The notes under the pieces were generated by a model. It did not search any database. It was not told the DNA's origin and was given only the letters and a program-made list of their open reading frames with translations. Made by a program: the position numbers and the translations under genes. Shown in pieces: positions 1-9,853 of a stretch of 64,000 bases of DNA. The stretch comes from an uncultured Bacteroidota bacterium (GTDB taxonomy: Bacteria > Bacteroidota > Ignavibacteria > UBA10030 > UBA6906). The stretch is taken from NCBI GenBank assembly GCA_963700635.1, contig CAVOYH010000001.1:64001-128000 (forward strand), in the 5' to 3' direction. Numbering within the stretch: position 1 is the first letter of the stretch; every line of letters starts with the position of its first letter.

Positions 1-2
1 TG

Positions 3-833
3 GGTGAAGTACGGATTTCGGACACGACCACGGTGGACCGCGATCACAACCGTTACAATACGGTAGCAGTTGACGCTCAGAGCAACATTTATGCGTTTTA
101 CACGCTCGGTGTGATCGCGGGAGCCGATCCGCGCCCTCGGAAACTGTTTATGCACAAAAAAGCATGGGCGGCCCCATGGACCCTGCCGGAAACGGCTGTC
201 CTGGCCTCGGATACGATCAGCTTCCTGGACATGAGTGCGGTGGCTGACAGCGACGACGTGCTTCATCTGACGTACCGGAGAGATATCCAGGCTGATACGC
301 TGGGTCTGGATGAGATTGTCTACACGTTTTCAAAAGACGGCGGAACGACATGGTCACCCCGCCTCGTGGTAAGCCGCCCGCTCCACGACGCCGGTTATGC
401 AACCATCGCAAATCGTGTCCGGAAAGCAACGGGAATCGATATCCTCCTCCGGGAATCACAGGATGAAGGTGTCGGGGACCAGAGCACCACGGCAATCATC
501 TATGCCAATGTCCCGTACAACTTTGTCACGTCAGTGAGCGACCAGAATCTGCCGGTCGGATTTGAGATTCTGGCGAACTATCCGAACCCCTTCAACCCTG
601 CTACCACGATCACCTATGATGTGGCCGCGAGAGGGCAGGTGAGGCTGGCGATTTATGATGTGCTGGGCCGTGAAGTGCGGATGCTGGTGAATGACGTGCA
701 GGATGGCGGCCGGTATGATGTCCGGTGGGATGGCCGCACCGATCTTCTCCAACCCGCAACAAGTGGAATGTATATCGCCCGGCTGAGTACCGACACCGGA
801 TCACGCACCTTGACCATGTTGCTCCTGAAGTAA
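3..833 (+). CDS. T9SS-sorted secreted protein (5'-truncated) with BNR/Asp-box motif and C-terminal FlgD-Ig/type A sorting domain
   Basis: Frame is open back to the window start. Asp-box YTFSKDGGTTWS. C-terminus NYPNPFNPATTITY...IYDVLGREVR...WDGR...SGMYIARL...MLLLK is a typical T9SS type A CTD. Confidence 0.85.
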   Translation, partial: GEVRISDTTTVDRDHNRYNTVAVDAQSNIYAFYTLGVIAGADPRPRKLFMHKKAWAAPWTLPETAVLASDTISFLDMSAVADSDDVLHLTYRRDIQADTLGLDEIVYTFSKDGGTTWSPRLVVSRPLHDAGYATIANRVRKATGIDILLRESQDEGVGDQSTTAIIYANVPYNFVTSVSDQNLPVGFEILANYPNPFNPATTITYDVAARGQVRLAIYDVLGREVRMLVNDVQDGGRYDVRWDGRTDLLQPATSGMYIARLSTDTGSRTLTMLLLK

Positions 834-841
834 CCCTCCTC

Positions 842-877
842 CCCGGCGGGACTGCGGTCCCGCCGGGCAGTTCTGTT
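842..877 (+). terminator. GC-rich hairpin (weak terminator or mRNA-stabilising stem)
   Basis: 11-bp perfect stem cccggcgggac/gtcccgccggg with 4-nt loop just after the stop at 833; only a weak U-tail (cagttctgtt). Confidence 0.5.
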
Positions 878-897
878 CACGCAAGGGCCACACGATT

Positions 898-3636
898 GTG
901 AAAACCATTCTTTCGTTCATCCTGCTCCTGTGTCTGCTGGCGTCCGGCACATTGACCGCCGGCGATACGGGTAAAATCTCCGGTACCATCCGTGACAGGG
1001 AATCCAATGAACCTCTGCCCGGAGCGAATGTTGTCCTGATCGGGACGCCTCTTGGTGCGACCGGGGACGTTAACGGCTTCTATTTCATCAACCGCGTCCC
1101 ACCCGGCACCTATCGGGTTCAGGTAAGCCTCATCGGCTACCAGACGAAGGTGTTCACGGAGGTTCACGTGATGGCTGATGTCACCACCGAGCTGAGTGCT
1201 ACACTCAGCGGAACGGCCGTGGAACTGGGGACGGTGGAAATCACCGCTCACCGCCCGGTGGTGCAGAAAGATCAAACGGCCACACGGACAATCATTGACG
1301 GAGCAACCATCGTCAAAGATCTGCGCTTCCAGGATGTCGGTGAGATCCTCCGCCTGCAGGCGGGTGTCACGCTTGGAAACGATGGAAACCTGCACGTAAG
1401 GGGTGGCCGAACCGGGGGCATGGTATACCAGATCGACGGTATTCCAGTCCAGAACCCGCTCTTCCGCTCAACCGCCGGCGAGATTGAGGTTGAGAATGTC
1501 CAGGAGTTGCAGGCTCATCTGGGTACCTTTGACGCTGAATACGGCAACGCCGCCGATGGCGTGATCACGGTCTATACAAAGGACGGAGGTGATCGTATCA
1601 CCGGCCGGATCGGTTATGAGTCCCCCCGCCTGAACGCCTCACCCTATCAAAAATCTGACTGGAATCTGGACAGGCCGGAGGTTCAGGCATTGCCCGCGGA
1701 CCAGCAGGCACAGTACAAGGACGAGGTGCGAAAACCCGACGGCACATCGGCCTACGAGTATGTGGGCGTGCTGGATGATAAGCATGCGGAAGATCTGCTC
1801 CTGATCAAGGCCCTGGGCACATGGTCGGCCAATCTCTCGGGTCCTGTCCCGGGTCTTTCGGATATAAAATTTTATGCCACCGGACGTCTCCGTCAGGAAA
1901 ACAACAGCCTCCCCTACGGGTATACACTGCTTCGTTCTGCGACTCTGAAGCTGACCTATCCCATCACCACCGAGCTCTTGTTGCGTGGGTCAGTGGACCT
2001 CTCCAAAGCATACCGTCAGACGTACGACCACGCGTATAAATACTGGCGCTGGTGGGATGCCGGAATTGACCCGCTGGGGAGAACCGGAGGATATCCGATC
2101 AACACGGATCAGAGCAACAGGGAGATGTTGTCCATGCGGCACGTCCTCTCCTCAAGCACGTTTTATGATCTTTCCCTTGCGCGTATTTACGACTACACCG
2201 AGCTGGTTGTCCCGGATCGCACCGTGACGTATGATCCGGCAACGGGCAATCTTCTCACCAGCGATTATGTACGGAGACAATGGGTGGGCGGGAACGACTC
2301 GGGATTCCGGTACGGGGACGTCCGGTACTGGACAAACTCAAAGTCGACGCAGTTTCTGTTCAAAGGAAATCTGGAAAGTCAGATTCATCCAAGCCATCAA
2401 CTGCGGACAGGATTTGAGGCAAAGGTCCACGAGATCAGCCGTCACCGGATCGGCATGCCCACGTTGCCCACGCTGGAATTCTTCACCTACCGTCCGCTGG
2501 AAGCTGCTGCGTATTTTCAGGACAAGGTCGAGTACAGTTTTATGATCTTGAAGGCAGGCGTGCGGTTGGATTATTTTGACCCCCGCGCAACGGAATATCC
2601 GGATCCGGCAAAAATTATCGAAGTGATCACCGCACCCGGGGGATCGGCCCAGTATACGTCTATCCCCAAAGTGCCGGTAAAACAACATTTCCAGATCAGC
2701 CCGCGTATCGGAATTGCCCACCCCATCTCAGATAAGACATCCATTCATTTTGCGTACGGACATTTCTTCCAGATTCCCCGTTTCTACGATTTGTACCGGA
2801 ACGACGGGCTGCAGGATGTCCTCGTGAGTGATGCGCTTATCGGAAATCCGGGGTTAAAACCCGAGCGGACCGTTTCATTCGAGGTCGGACTTCAGCAGGA
2901 GCTCTCGCCGGAGTGGGGATTAAACGTCACTGCGTACTCCAAGGACATTACAAACCTGACATCCAGTTACTACTATTTTGTAGGACGGGATTACTCGATC
3001 TTTATCAATTCCGATTTTGCGAGGGTGCAGGGGATCGATATTACGCTTGATAAACGTTTCACGAACTTTTTCTCCGGACGATTGGTCTATTCGCTGATGA
3101 ATGCGATCGGAAACCATTCCGATCCGGCCGGCGGGTACACGTATCGCGAAGAGGAGGCGCACCTCCGTCCAAACCGCAACTACCCGCTGGATTTTGACCA
3201 GAGGCACAAAATTACGGGTACGGTCAGTGTCCGCCTGCCCGAACACTTTGGGCCGGAGCTCCTGGGTGTGTATCCGCTTGAACACCTCGCGGTGGCTTCC
3301 GTGTTCACGGTGGGAAGTGGTTTGCCATACACGCCCACTTCGCGTGCGTCGGAGGAAACGGGAATTGTCCCGGAACCCAATAGTGCCCGCCGCCCCTGGA
3401 CGTACAATCTTGATGTAAAACTTTCGCGCGAGATTCGTTTCTCCGGACTCCGTCTTACGGCCTATTGTGATGTGAGCAATCTTTTTGACCAGGTGAATAC
3501 GGTCTTTATCTGGAGCCGGACCGGCGAGCCGTGGGACGAAGGGTCAACATCGGTGCGCTCCAAAGATCGTCAGGCCAATCCCGAAAACGTCGGAACGCGG
3601 CGTATCGTCCGGGTCGGCGCCATTCTTGAATTTTGA
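898..3636 (+). CDS. TonB-dependent receptor with N-terminal carboxypeptidase-regulatory-like domain
   Basis: Signal peptide; GKISGTIRDRESNEPLPGANV; plug motifs LHVRGGR and FDAEYGNA; LKPERTVSFEVG; C-terminal beta-signal ending in F. Confidence 0.93.
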   Translation: MKTILSFILLLCLLASGTLTAGDTGKISGTIRDRESNEPLPGANVVLIGTPLGATGDVNGFYFINRVPPGTYRVQVSLIGYQTKVFTEVHVMADVTTELSATLSGTAVELGTVEITAHRPVVQKDQTATRTIIDGATIVKDLRFQDVGEILRLQAGVTLGNDGNLHVRGGRTGGMVYQIDGIPVQNPLFRSTAGEIEVENVQELQAHLGTFDAEYGNAADGVITVYTKDGGDRITGRIGYESPRLNASPYQKSDWNLDRPEVQALPADQQAQYKDEVRKPDGTSAYEYVGVLDDKHAEDLLLIKALGTWSANLSGPVPGLSDIKFYATGRLRQENNSLPYGYTLLRSATLKLTYPITTELLLRGSVDLSKAYRQTYDHAYKYWRWWDAGIDPLGRTGGYPINTDQSNREMLSMRHVLSSSTFYDLSLARIYDYTELVVPDRTVTYDPATGNLLTSDYVRRQWVGGNDSGFRYGDVRYWTNSKSTQFLFKGNLESQIHPSHQLRTGFEAKVHEISRHRIGMPTLPTLEFFTYRPLEAAAYFQDKVEYSFMILKAGVRLDYFDPRATEYPDPAKIIEVITAPGGSAQYTSIPKVPVKQHFQISPRIGIAHPISDKTSIHFAYGHFFQIPRFYDLYRNDGLQDVLVSDALIGNPGLKPERTVSFEVGLQQELSPEWGLNVTAYSKDITNLTSSYYYFVGRDYSIFINSDFARVQGIDITLDKRFTNFFSGRLVYSLMNAIGNHSDPAGGYTYREEEAHLRPNRNYPLDFDQRHKITGTVSVRLPEHFGPELLGVYPLEHLAVASVFTVGSGLPYTPTSRASEETGIVPEPNSARRPWTYNLDVKLSREIRFSGLRLTAYCDVSNLFDQVNTVFIWSRTGEPWDEGSTSVRSKDRQANPENVGTRRIVRVGAILEF

Positions 3637-3653
3637 TTCGCCACAGGATACGT

Positions 3654-6524
3654 ATGAAGACACCTCCTTTGATGTTCCGTTCCATTCTGCTGGGTTGCTG
3701 TGCGGTGTGTGTGCTCGCCGGTCAGCTCCGGGCTCAAGATGATGATCCGCCCCGTTCACCCACTGTTGTTCTGCCGAAGCGTGCAAGTTTCGCCGACGAA
3801 GCGATCGGGGTACAGACAAAAGGACAGTTGCAGAATCTGATTATGAACTATGGTCAGATTACCGATACACGATTTGCGGACGTCGGCAATGCCCCAACGG
3901 ACGTGTTCTTCAATATCCGTTACCCCCGTGAAAATTTCACGGGGCTGGTGGATGATTTTGCGCTCTTCTTTGCAATAAAGGAGAACAGCAAAAATGGTGA
4001 CAAGGGGAATGTCATTGACGGATGGACGGACGAAAAAAACGAGGATTGGGTCGCAAAGGATGGTGCCTATGGCAAGACACACTACAATGCGGCGCTTGAC
4101 CCCAACCCGCATGCCGAGTTGAAATACAACGGCCAGACCCCATACCTTGCGCATAGCGACCTCCCGGAAACCTGGCCGGTGGATAACACCGGAGTGGCCT
4201 TCTGGCCCGGAATCTTTCGCCGGGATCCGATCACCGGGATGGAAGTGCCCGGCGAGTTTGTTTCCGACCGCGACATCTATATGGAGTTTGATGACAAACA
4301 TAACCAGCTGGGCGACGTGGTCGGTATCGAAGTGCATGGCATGGCATACAGTTACGGACGTGTGTATGCCGAGAAGATGCTCTTTTATGAATTCTGGGTT
4401 ATTAACAAAAGCGGCAAAACTCTTAACGGCTGTTACTTCGGATCGTATCAGGATCCCGATTGTAGTGACCACACCGAAGAGGCACTCCTCTGGAAAGATT
4501 CCCTGTTTGCAGACGGAACCCGCGTCACATCGGTTGCGCAGCGTGATTTTGACGGGGACATCGGCGGGGCGACACGACCCAACGCGCGCGGCATCACGGA
4601 AGACTATACCTTCGGGACCATCGTATTTGAAACTCCGCGTGCTCTGGGCGTCACAGATTTTCACTACTTTGTAGATCCCGGGCCGGCCGATGATGCCTAT
4701 CTCTGGCCGATTATCTCCAGTGACCCCACAAATCCGCTTATCGCCGGGACCGCCGGCAACTATTTCCACGGTTCCAACCGGCGCATCGATGATGTTTCAC
4801 TCATCACAACCAAGCAGGATCTGGCCTGGATGATGTCAACCGGGCCGTTCTCGATGGCCCCCGGTGACACGGTAAAGTATTCGTTCGCGGTCATCGTTGG
4901 TGATGATGACGCGGACTATTACGCCAACGTATGGGAGGCCAAGAAACTCTACGATGCGTTGTACAACGGTCCGACTGCTCCACCGGCTCCCCGGCTTACG
5001 GCCATTCCCGGCGACGGCCGGGTGACATTGTACTGGGACGATACACCCGAGTCGGCGATCGACCCTTCGACCGGAGAGATGGATTTTGAGGGGTACAAGA
5101 TATACCGGAGCGAAGACGGCGGCATAACGTGGGGCACCAAGATCACCGACGCGCTGGGTCGTACGTACGGGTACGTCCCAGTTGCTCAATTTGATCTCAA
5201 GAACAACATCAAGGGTGCCGATCCCAAGAACTCGCTTGCCTGGCTGGGAACTGACAGTGGTCTCAGACATAGCTGGGTCGATAGTGCGGTCGTCACAGGC
5301 ATCACGTACTCCTATACCATTGTCTCATACGACCGCGGCACGCCAACATTGTATTCGCTGGAGACGACGCGGGGTGACGGGCCGCAGGTCAAAAATTTTG
5401 TCTCGGCCACTCCTCTCCCTCCGGCCAGCGGCAAGATCCCGGCGCGATTAAAAACCATGACGAAGACGCAGGGAACGGGCAAGGGAACAGTGACCGTGGA
5501 AGTGTTGGATGATCGGGCGCTGAAGACGGATCCCTACACGATCGTCATGGAAGGGACGCCGGCCCGCTCCTTCTCGGTTATCCGCCGCGATGGGAATAAC
5601 ACCAGAATCTATACCAGCAAACCGGTGAATTCCTCGGACCTGGCGGTGGCTGACGGATTTCGCGTCAGCGTGAACACGCAGGACCGGATCGGCGGAATCA
5701 CGGGCATCACTGACCAGGACGGAAATATTGTTGTCGGATCATCCAATCTGAGCCGGGATAGCTCCTGGTATGTAACGTATGCAGAAAACGCACAGGCCGA
5801 CACGCTGGCGCGCAGCTTCGATTACGAAATCCGGTTCGCCACCACAACTTCCATTGCCTACAGCTGGGGTGTTGCGGGGTCTGTCGCGAAATACAACGTC
5901 CCCTTTTCTGTCTGGAACACGACAACGAACACTCCCGTGGCATTTGAGATCAGAGATCTGAACAACAACAATCAGTGGGAGGAAGGGGAAGCGGTGTACA
6001 TCACCCGTGTGCCGTATCCGTCTCCCGCGCCGGCGATGGGTGCGGCAAACCCGGCCACCAACATCAAGGAATTCGCCTATCAGATACTGATCACCAACGC
6101 TCCGGCCGATACCGCCCGCCGGTTGCCGGTCGCCGGCACCGTGATCCGGGTCACCAGCTACAATGCACTGACGGACAACGACCGGTATGAATTTAGTTTC
6201 AGCCCCGCATCATTCGATGCCGGCGGCGTTGACCTGAGCGAGATCAGGGTTGTCCCGAATCCGTATATCGTCACATCGAAGTATGAATCCGAACAGAACG
6301 TCCGGCAGATCCGTTTTATGTATCTTCCGCCGGAATGCACGATTACCGTGTACACGGTGGCCGGAACGCGGGTGAAGACACTCACTCAGAGCAGCACCAC
6401 CGGATCCCTGAGTTGGAACCTGGTGACGGATTGGGGACAGGCGCTGGCGTTTGGCGTGTATGTGTATGTCGTAGAAGATCCCAGGGGCAACCGCCATATC
6501 GGAAAATTTGCGTTGATCAAGTGA
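3654..6524 (+). CDS. Large secreted protein with FN3-like domain and T9SS-like C-terminal domain (TBDR-associated cargo)
   Basis: Signal peptide; APPAPRLTAIPGDGRVTLYWD...DFEGYKIYRS (FN3-like); C-terminus IRVVPNPY...IRFMYLP...WNL...GVYVYVV...GKFALIK. ATG at 3654 preferred over TTG at 3633. Confidence 0.8.
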   Translation: MKTPPLMFRSILLGCCAVCVLAGQLRAQDDDPPRSPTVVLPKRASFADEAIGVQTKGQLQNLIMNYGQITDTRFADVGNAPTDVFFNIRYPRENFTGLVDDFALFFAIKENSKNGDKGNVIDGWTDEKNEDWVAKDGAYGKTHYNAALDPNPHAELKYNGQTPYLAHSDLPETWPVDNTGVAFWPGIFRRDPITGMEVPGEFVSDRDIYMEFDDKHNQLGDVVGIEVHGMAYSYGRVYAEKMLFYEFWVINKSGKTLNGCYFGSYQDPDCSDHTEEALLWKDSLFADGTRVTSVAQRDFDGDIGGATRPNARGITEDYTFGTIVFETPRALGVTDFHYFVDPGPADDAYLWPIISSDPTNPLIAGTAGNYFHGSNRRIDDVSLITTKQDLAWMMSTGPFSMAPGDTVKYSFAVIVGDDDADYYANVWEAKKLYDALYNGPTAPPAPRLTAIPGDGRVTLYWDDTPESAIDPSTGEMDFEGYKIYRSEDGGITWGTKITDALGRTYGYVPVAQFDLKNNIKGADPKNSLAWLGTDSGLRHSWVDSAVVTGITYSYTIVSYDRGTPTLYSLETTRGDGPQVKNFVSATPLPPASGKIPARLKTMTKTQGTGKGTVTVEVLDDRALKTDPYTIVMEGTPARSFSVIRRDGNNTRIYTSKPVNSSDLAVADGFRVSVNTQDRIGGITGITDQDGNIVVGSSNLSRDSSWYVTYAENAQADTLARSFDYEIRFATTTSIAYSWGVAGSVAKYNVPFSVWNTTTNTPVAFEIRDLNNNNQWEEGEAVYITRVPYPSPAPAMGAANPATNIKEFAYQILITNAPADTARRLPVAGTVIRVTSYNALTDNDRYEFSFSPASFDAGGVDLSEIRVVPNPYIVTSKYESEQNVRQIRFMYLPPECTITVYTVAGTRVKTLTQSSTTGSLSWNLVTDWGQALAFGVYVYVVEDPRGNRHIGKFALIK

Positions 6525-6527
6525 ACT

Positions 6528-7553
6528 ATGAAAACACTCCTCTGCATACTCGTGTCCGTCGTCTGTTCGGCGGGCAGTGCCTTCGGGCAACAGGATAACA
6601 AAGCCGGCACCACAGCGGCACAATTTCTCAAGATTGGCGTCGGCGCCCGTTCCATTGGCATGGCGGAAGCTGCGGTCGGACTTGTGGAAGACCCCAGCGC
6701 TATGTACTGGAACGTGTCGGGGTTGACCGGAGTCAACTCGGTGGCGGTGACCGCAACCCACACGAACTGGTTTGCCGACCTCACCCATCAGTATTTCGGG
6801 ATCGTGTTGCCGGTGGGAGACGATCACCGATTCGGTTTAAATGCCACGGTTCTGAACCTGGGGGAAATTGAGACCACCACGGAACAACAACCCCGGGGAA
6901 CAGGCACTTTTTTTAAGGCCACTGACGTGGCTATCGGGGTCTCCTATGCGGTGAGACTGGTGGACTTCTTTTCCTTCGGAGCCACCGTCAAGTTTGTCTC
7001 CCAGAGTATTGCGAACGAATCCGGATCAGCAATCGGAGCAGATCTGGGAACCACTCTCCGCACCGGATACAAGGGCATCACAATCGGCATGGCCTTTTCC
7101 AACTTCGGGACAGGCATGAAGCTGGATGGCAGGGATTTGCACAGGACCTATGATCCTCACCCGAACAATTCCGCCAACACCGGCGTATCGAGCTATCTCG
7201 GGACCGAATCCTGGGATCTGCCTGTCATGTTCCGCGTGGGTATCGGGTGGGAGCTTGTTGGTCCGGGAGAAGCACTGATGCAGGATGACATGCATGCTCT
7301 GCGGCTCGGTGTCGATGCGCGACATTCCAACGACGCGCCGGAAAATGCCAGTGTGGGCCTGGAGTATGTCTGGGAGCGCCTCGTCGCTCTGCGCGGCGGA
7401 TACTACTTTAATGATGATGTGCGCACGTGGAGTGCCGGAGCAGGCGTCCGCTGGCAATCCGCGAGTACGTTCGCTGTCGGCGTGGACTATGCGTACGCAA
7501 GTCTGGACCCGCTCGGACCTGTGCATGTGTTTACCCTGACGATGGGATTCTGA
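6528..7553 (+). CDS. PorV/PorQ family outer-membrane beta-barrel protein
   Basis: Hallmark N-terminus KAGTTAAQFLKIGVGARSIGMAEA...SAMYWN; alternating beta-strand pattern; terminal F. Confidence 0.9.
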   Translation: MKTLLCILVSVVCSAGSAFGQQDNKAGTTAAQFLKIGVGARSIGMAEAAVGLVEDPSAMYWNVSGLTGVNSVAVTATHTNWFADLTHQYFGIVLPVGDDHRFGLNATVLNLGEIETTTEQQPRGTGTFFKATDVAIGVSYAVRLVDFFSFGATVKFVSQSIANESGSAIGADLGTTLRTGYKGITIGMAFSNFGTGMKLDGRDLHRTYDPHPNNSANTGVSSYLGTESWDLPVMFRVGIGWELVGPGEALMQDDMHALRLGVDARHSNDAPENASVGLEYVWERLVALRGGYYFNDDVRTWSAGAGVRWQSASTFAVGVDYAYASLDPLGPVHVFTLTMGF

Positions 7554-7555
7554 GT

Positions 7556-8476
7556 ATGAGGGGGAACGTGCCAGGCGGGGCGACACTGTTCGTGTTGGGA
7601 ATCCTCCTTACGCTTTCGGCAACCGGATCCGGAATATCCTCCGAACCCGGGCAGCGAACCTCCCGGTTCGGCACGAACGGATACGTCGAGTATGTTCCGG
7701 GATCCATGCCCCTCATCATCACCATTCCACATGGCGGTACCCTGGAACCCGGCGAACTGCCGGATCGTATTTCGGGGACACTCAGCAGGTACGATACCAA
7801 CACGCTGGAACTTGGGCGCGCAATTGCCGCAGCTCTTTTCAGACAGACGGGACGTTCTCCGTATCTTGTCATCACCCATGTCCACAGAAAGAAGCTCGAC
7901 ACGAATCGCGAGGTCTTTGAAGCGGCGCAGGGTGATTCTCTGGCGAGCCTTGCGTGGGAGGAATTTCACGCGTTCATCCGGGAAGCAAAAGCCGAAGTGG
8001 TCCGTCACTTCGGATCCGGTCTCCTCGCGGATCTGCACGGACACCGTCACACGCGGCCGTGGGTGGAATTGGGATATGTGCTCTCGGCCGCACAGGCGTC
8101 ACTCCCTGATGATTCGCTCAACACACCGGATGTGGTTGCGGCATCGAGTATCGCCTCACTCGCCCGGATGCCGGGTAACTCCATGGCCGGACTGCTCCGC
8201 GGCCCGATGAGTCTTGGCGCGTTACTCGAAGAAGAGGGATATGAAGCTGTACCATCTCCCCGTAATCCTTTTCCCCGCCAAGATCACTATTTTGCGGGTG
8301 GATACAATACTGAACAACACGGGTCCCATGATGCAGGACCAATTGTAGCCATTCAGGTCGAAACACCCTGGCGCACCGTGCGTGATACAGAGATCCACCG
8401 GCAGAAGTTCGCGGACGCAGCATCCATCGCCCTGGTCCGATTTCTGGACATACATTTTGGATCGTATGGCGAATAG
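7556..8476 (+). CDS. Exported N-formylglutamate amidohydrolase-like Zn hydrolase
   Basis: Hydrophobic N-terminus; motifs PLIITIPHGG, HRKKLDTNR, DLHGH, YFAGGY, AIQVE. ATG lies 2 nt after the porV stop. Confidence 0.75.
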   Translation: MRGNVPGGATLFVLGILLTLSATGSGISSEPGQRTSRFGTNGYVEYVPGSMPLIITIPHGGTLEPGELPDRISGTLSRYDTNTLELGRAIAAALFRQTGRSPYLVITHVHRKKLDTNREVFEAAQGDSLASLAWEEFHAFIREAKAEVVRHFGSGLLADLHGHRHTRPWVELGYVLSAAQASLPDDSLNTPDVVAASSIASLARMPGNSMAGLLRGPMSLGALLEEEGYEAVPSPRNPFPRQDHYFAGGYNTEQHGSHDAGPIVAIQVETPWRTVRDTEIHRQKFADAASIALVRFLDIHFGSYGE

Positions 8477-8500
8477 AGTGCCTCCAATACTCTGTGCATT

Positions 8501-9526
8501 ATGAAATCCATCTCTCTGATAACTTTCCTGGCCGGCGTTATGGCGCTCGTCTCCCCTCCCGAATCCCCGGCCCGTGACTCCGTCCGGGTCCGCATCGCCC
8601 GTCTCGCTGAGAAAGACACCCTCACCGTACTGGTGACCGATTCCGGTCTGGGCGGCATTTCGGTGTGCGCTGATATAGAATCCCGCGCGCGACAGACGGG
8701 GATGTACAGTCAATTACGGATTATCTTCGCAAACGCCCTGCCGGAATCAAGTCAGGGCTACAATAAGATGAAGAGTACTGCCGAAAAGGTCCGGGTTTTT
8801 GACGCTGCCCTGCACGGGATGGCACGCTGGTACAAGCCCGATGTGATTCTCGTGGCATGTAACACACTCTCCGTGCTGATACCACAGACGACGTTTGTCG
8901 ATACCACATCGGTTCCGGTGCTCGGCATTGTGGAAACGGGGGTGGAGATGTTGTTCGAGCGGTTATCCGCTGACCCCAACTCATCAGCTGTCATTTTTGC
9001 CACGGAAACGACGATCGGCGCCGGCACGCATAGGAAGCTCCTTATTGAAAAAGGCATTGACTCCATGCGGCTGGTCCCTCAGGCATGCCCGGATCTTGCC
9101 GGTGAAATTGAGATGGACGCGGGGAGCGATCTGGTGTCCTCCTCCATCGGCGCGTTTGTCGGGGATGCTACTTTGCGTCTACGCACCGGAACAGCCAACG
9201 TGCTGGCAGGACTTTGCTGCACACATTATGGCTATGTGGCAAAAACATTTGAAGGGGCGCTGCGGGAGTGTGGAATCGAGGGCGTCGAAATTGTGGACCC
9301 GAATTCCCGCATGGGGGATATTCTCTTTCCGCCAGGAAAGCTCCGGCGCAGCGAAAAACCGGACATTCATGTCGCGGTTGTATCCCGTGCGATTATCGTG
9401 CCCGCAGAGATTTCATCGATCAGCACGCTGGTCGAATCGTTGTCGCCCGCGACCGCTGCGGCATTACGAACATATACAGTACAACGGGATCTGTTTATGT
9501 ACGGCACGACCGGCAGGCCGGAGTAG
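8501..9526 (+). CDS. Aspartate/glutamate racemase family protein (MurI-like) with N-terminal signal peptide
   Basis: DSGLGG, ACNT and CCTHY retain both catalytic Cys; ATETT; N-terminus MKSISLITFLAGVMALVS is signal-like. Confidence 0.85.
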   Translation: MKSISLITFLAGVMALVSPPESPARDSVRVRIARLAEKDTLTVLVTDSGLGGISVCADIESRARQTGMYSQLRIIFANALPESSQGYNKMKSTAEKVRVFDAALHGMARWYKPDVILVACNTLSVLIPQTTFVDTTSVPVLGIVETGVEMLFERLSADPNSSAVIFATETTIGAGTHRKLLIEKGIDSMRLVPQACPDLAGEIEMDAGSDLVSSSIGAFVGDATLRLRTGTANVLAGLCCTHYGYVAKTFEGALRECGIEGVEIVDPNSRMGDILFPPGKLRRSEKPDIHVAVVSRAIIVPAEISSISTLVESLSPATAAALRTYTVQRDLFMYGTTGRPE

Positions 9527-9583
9527 CAGAGATCACATCGGGTGGGTCAAACCGGGAACGTGCCCGGAACAACAGGGGACAAT

Positions 9584-9853
9584 ATGGCTGAAGAAAAAAA
9601 GAAAAAGATCGCAGGCTCGGTGGTGATCTCCGTCGAACGGTGCAAGGGATGCGGGTTTTGCGTGGAATTCTGCCCACCGCGCGCACTCAAACTCTCCGAA
9701 CAATACAACGTCAAAGGCTATCATCCACCGGCCCTGATCTCGAAGGAGATGTGCAACGGATGTAACATGTGCGGTTTACTCTGCCCGGATTTTGCCATCT
9801 ACGGGTTCCTTCTGAACAAGAAGGTCGGAAAGGGAGGACACCGTGAAGGCTGA
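9584..9853 (+). CDS. korD: 2-oxoacid:ferredoxin oxidoreductase delta subunit (2x[4Fe-4S] ferredoxin)
   Basis: Two CxxCxxCxxxCP motifs (CKGCGFCVEFCP, CNGCNMCGLLCP); overlaps the alpha subunit gene. Confidence 0.88.
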   Translation: MAEEKKKKIAGSVVISVERCKGCGFCVEFCPPRALKLSEQYNVKGYHPPALISKEMCNGCNMCGLLCPDFAIYGFLLNKKVGKGGHREG

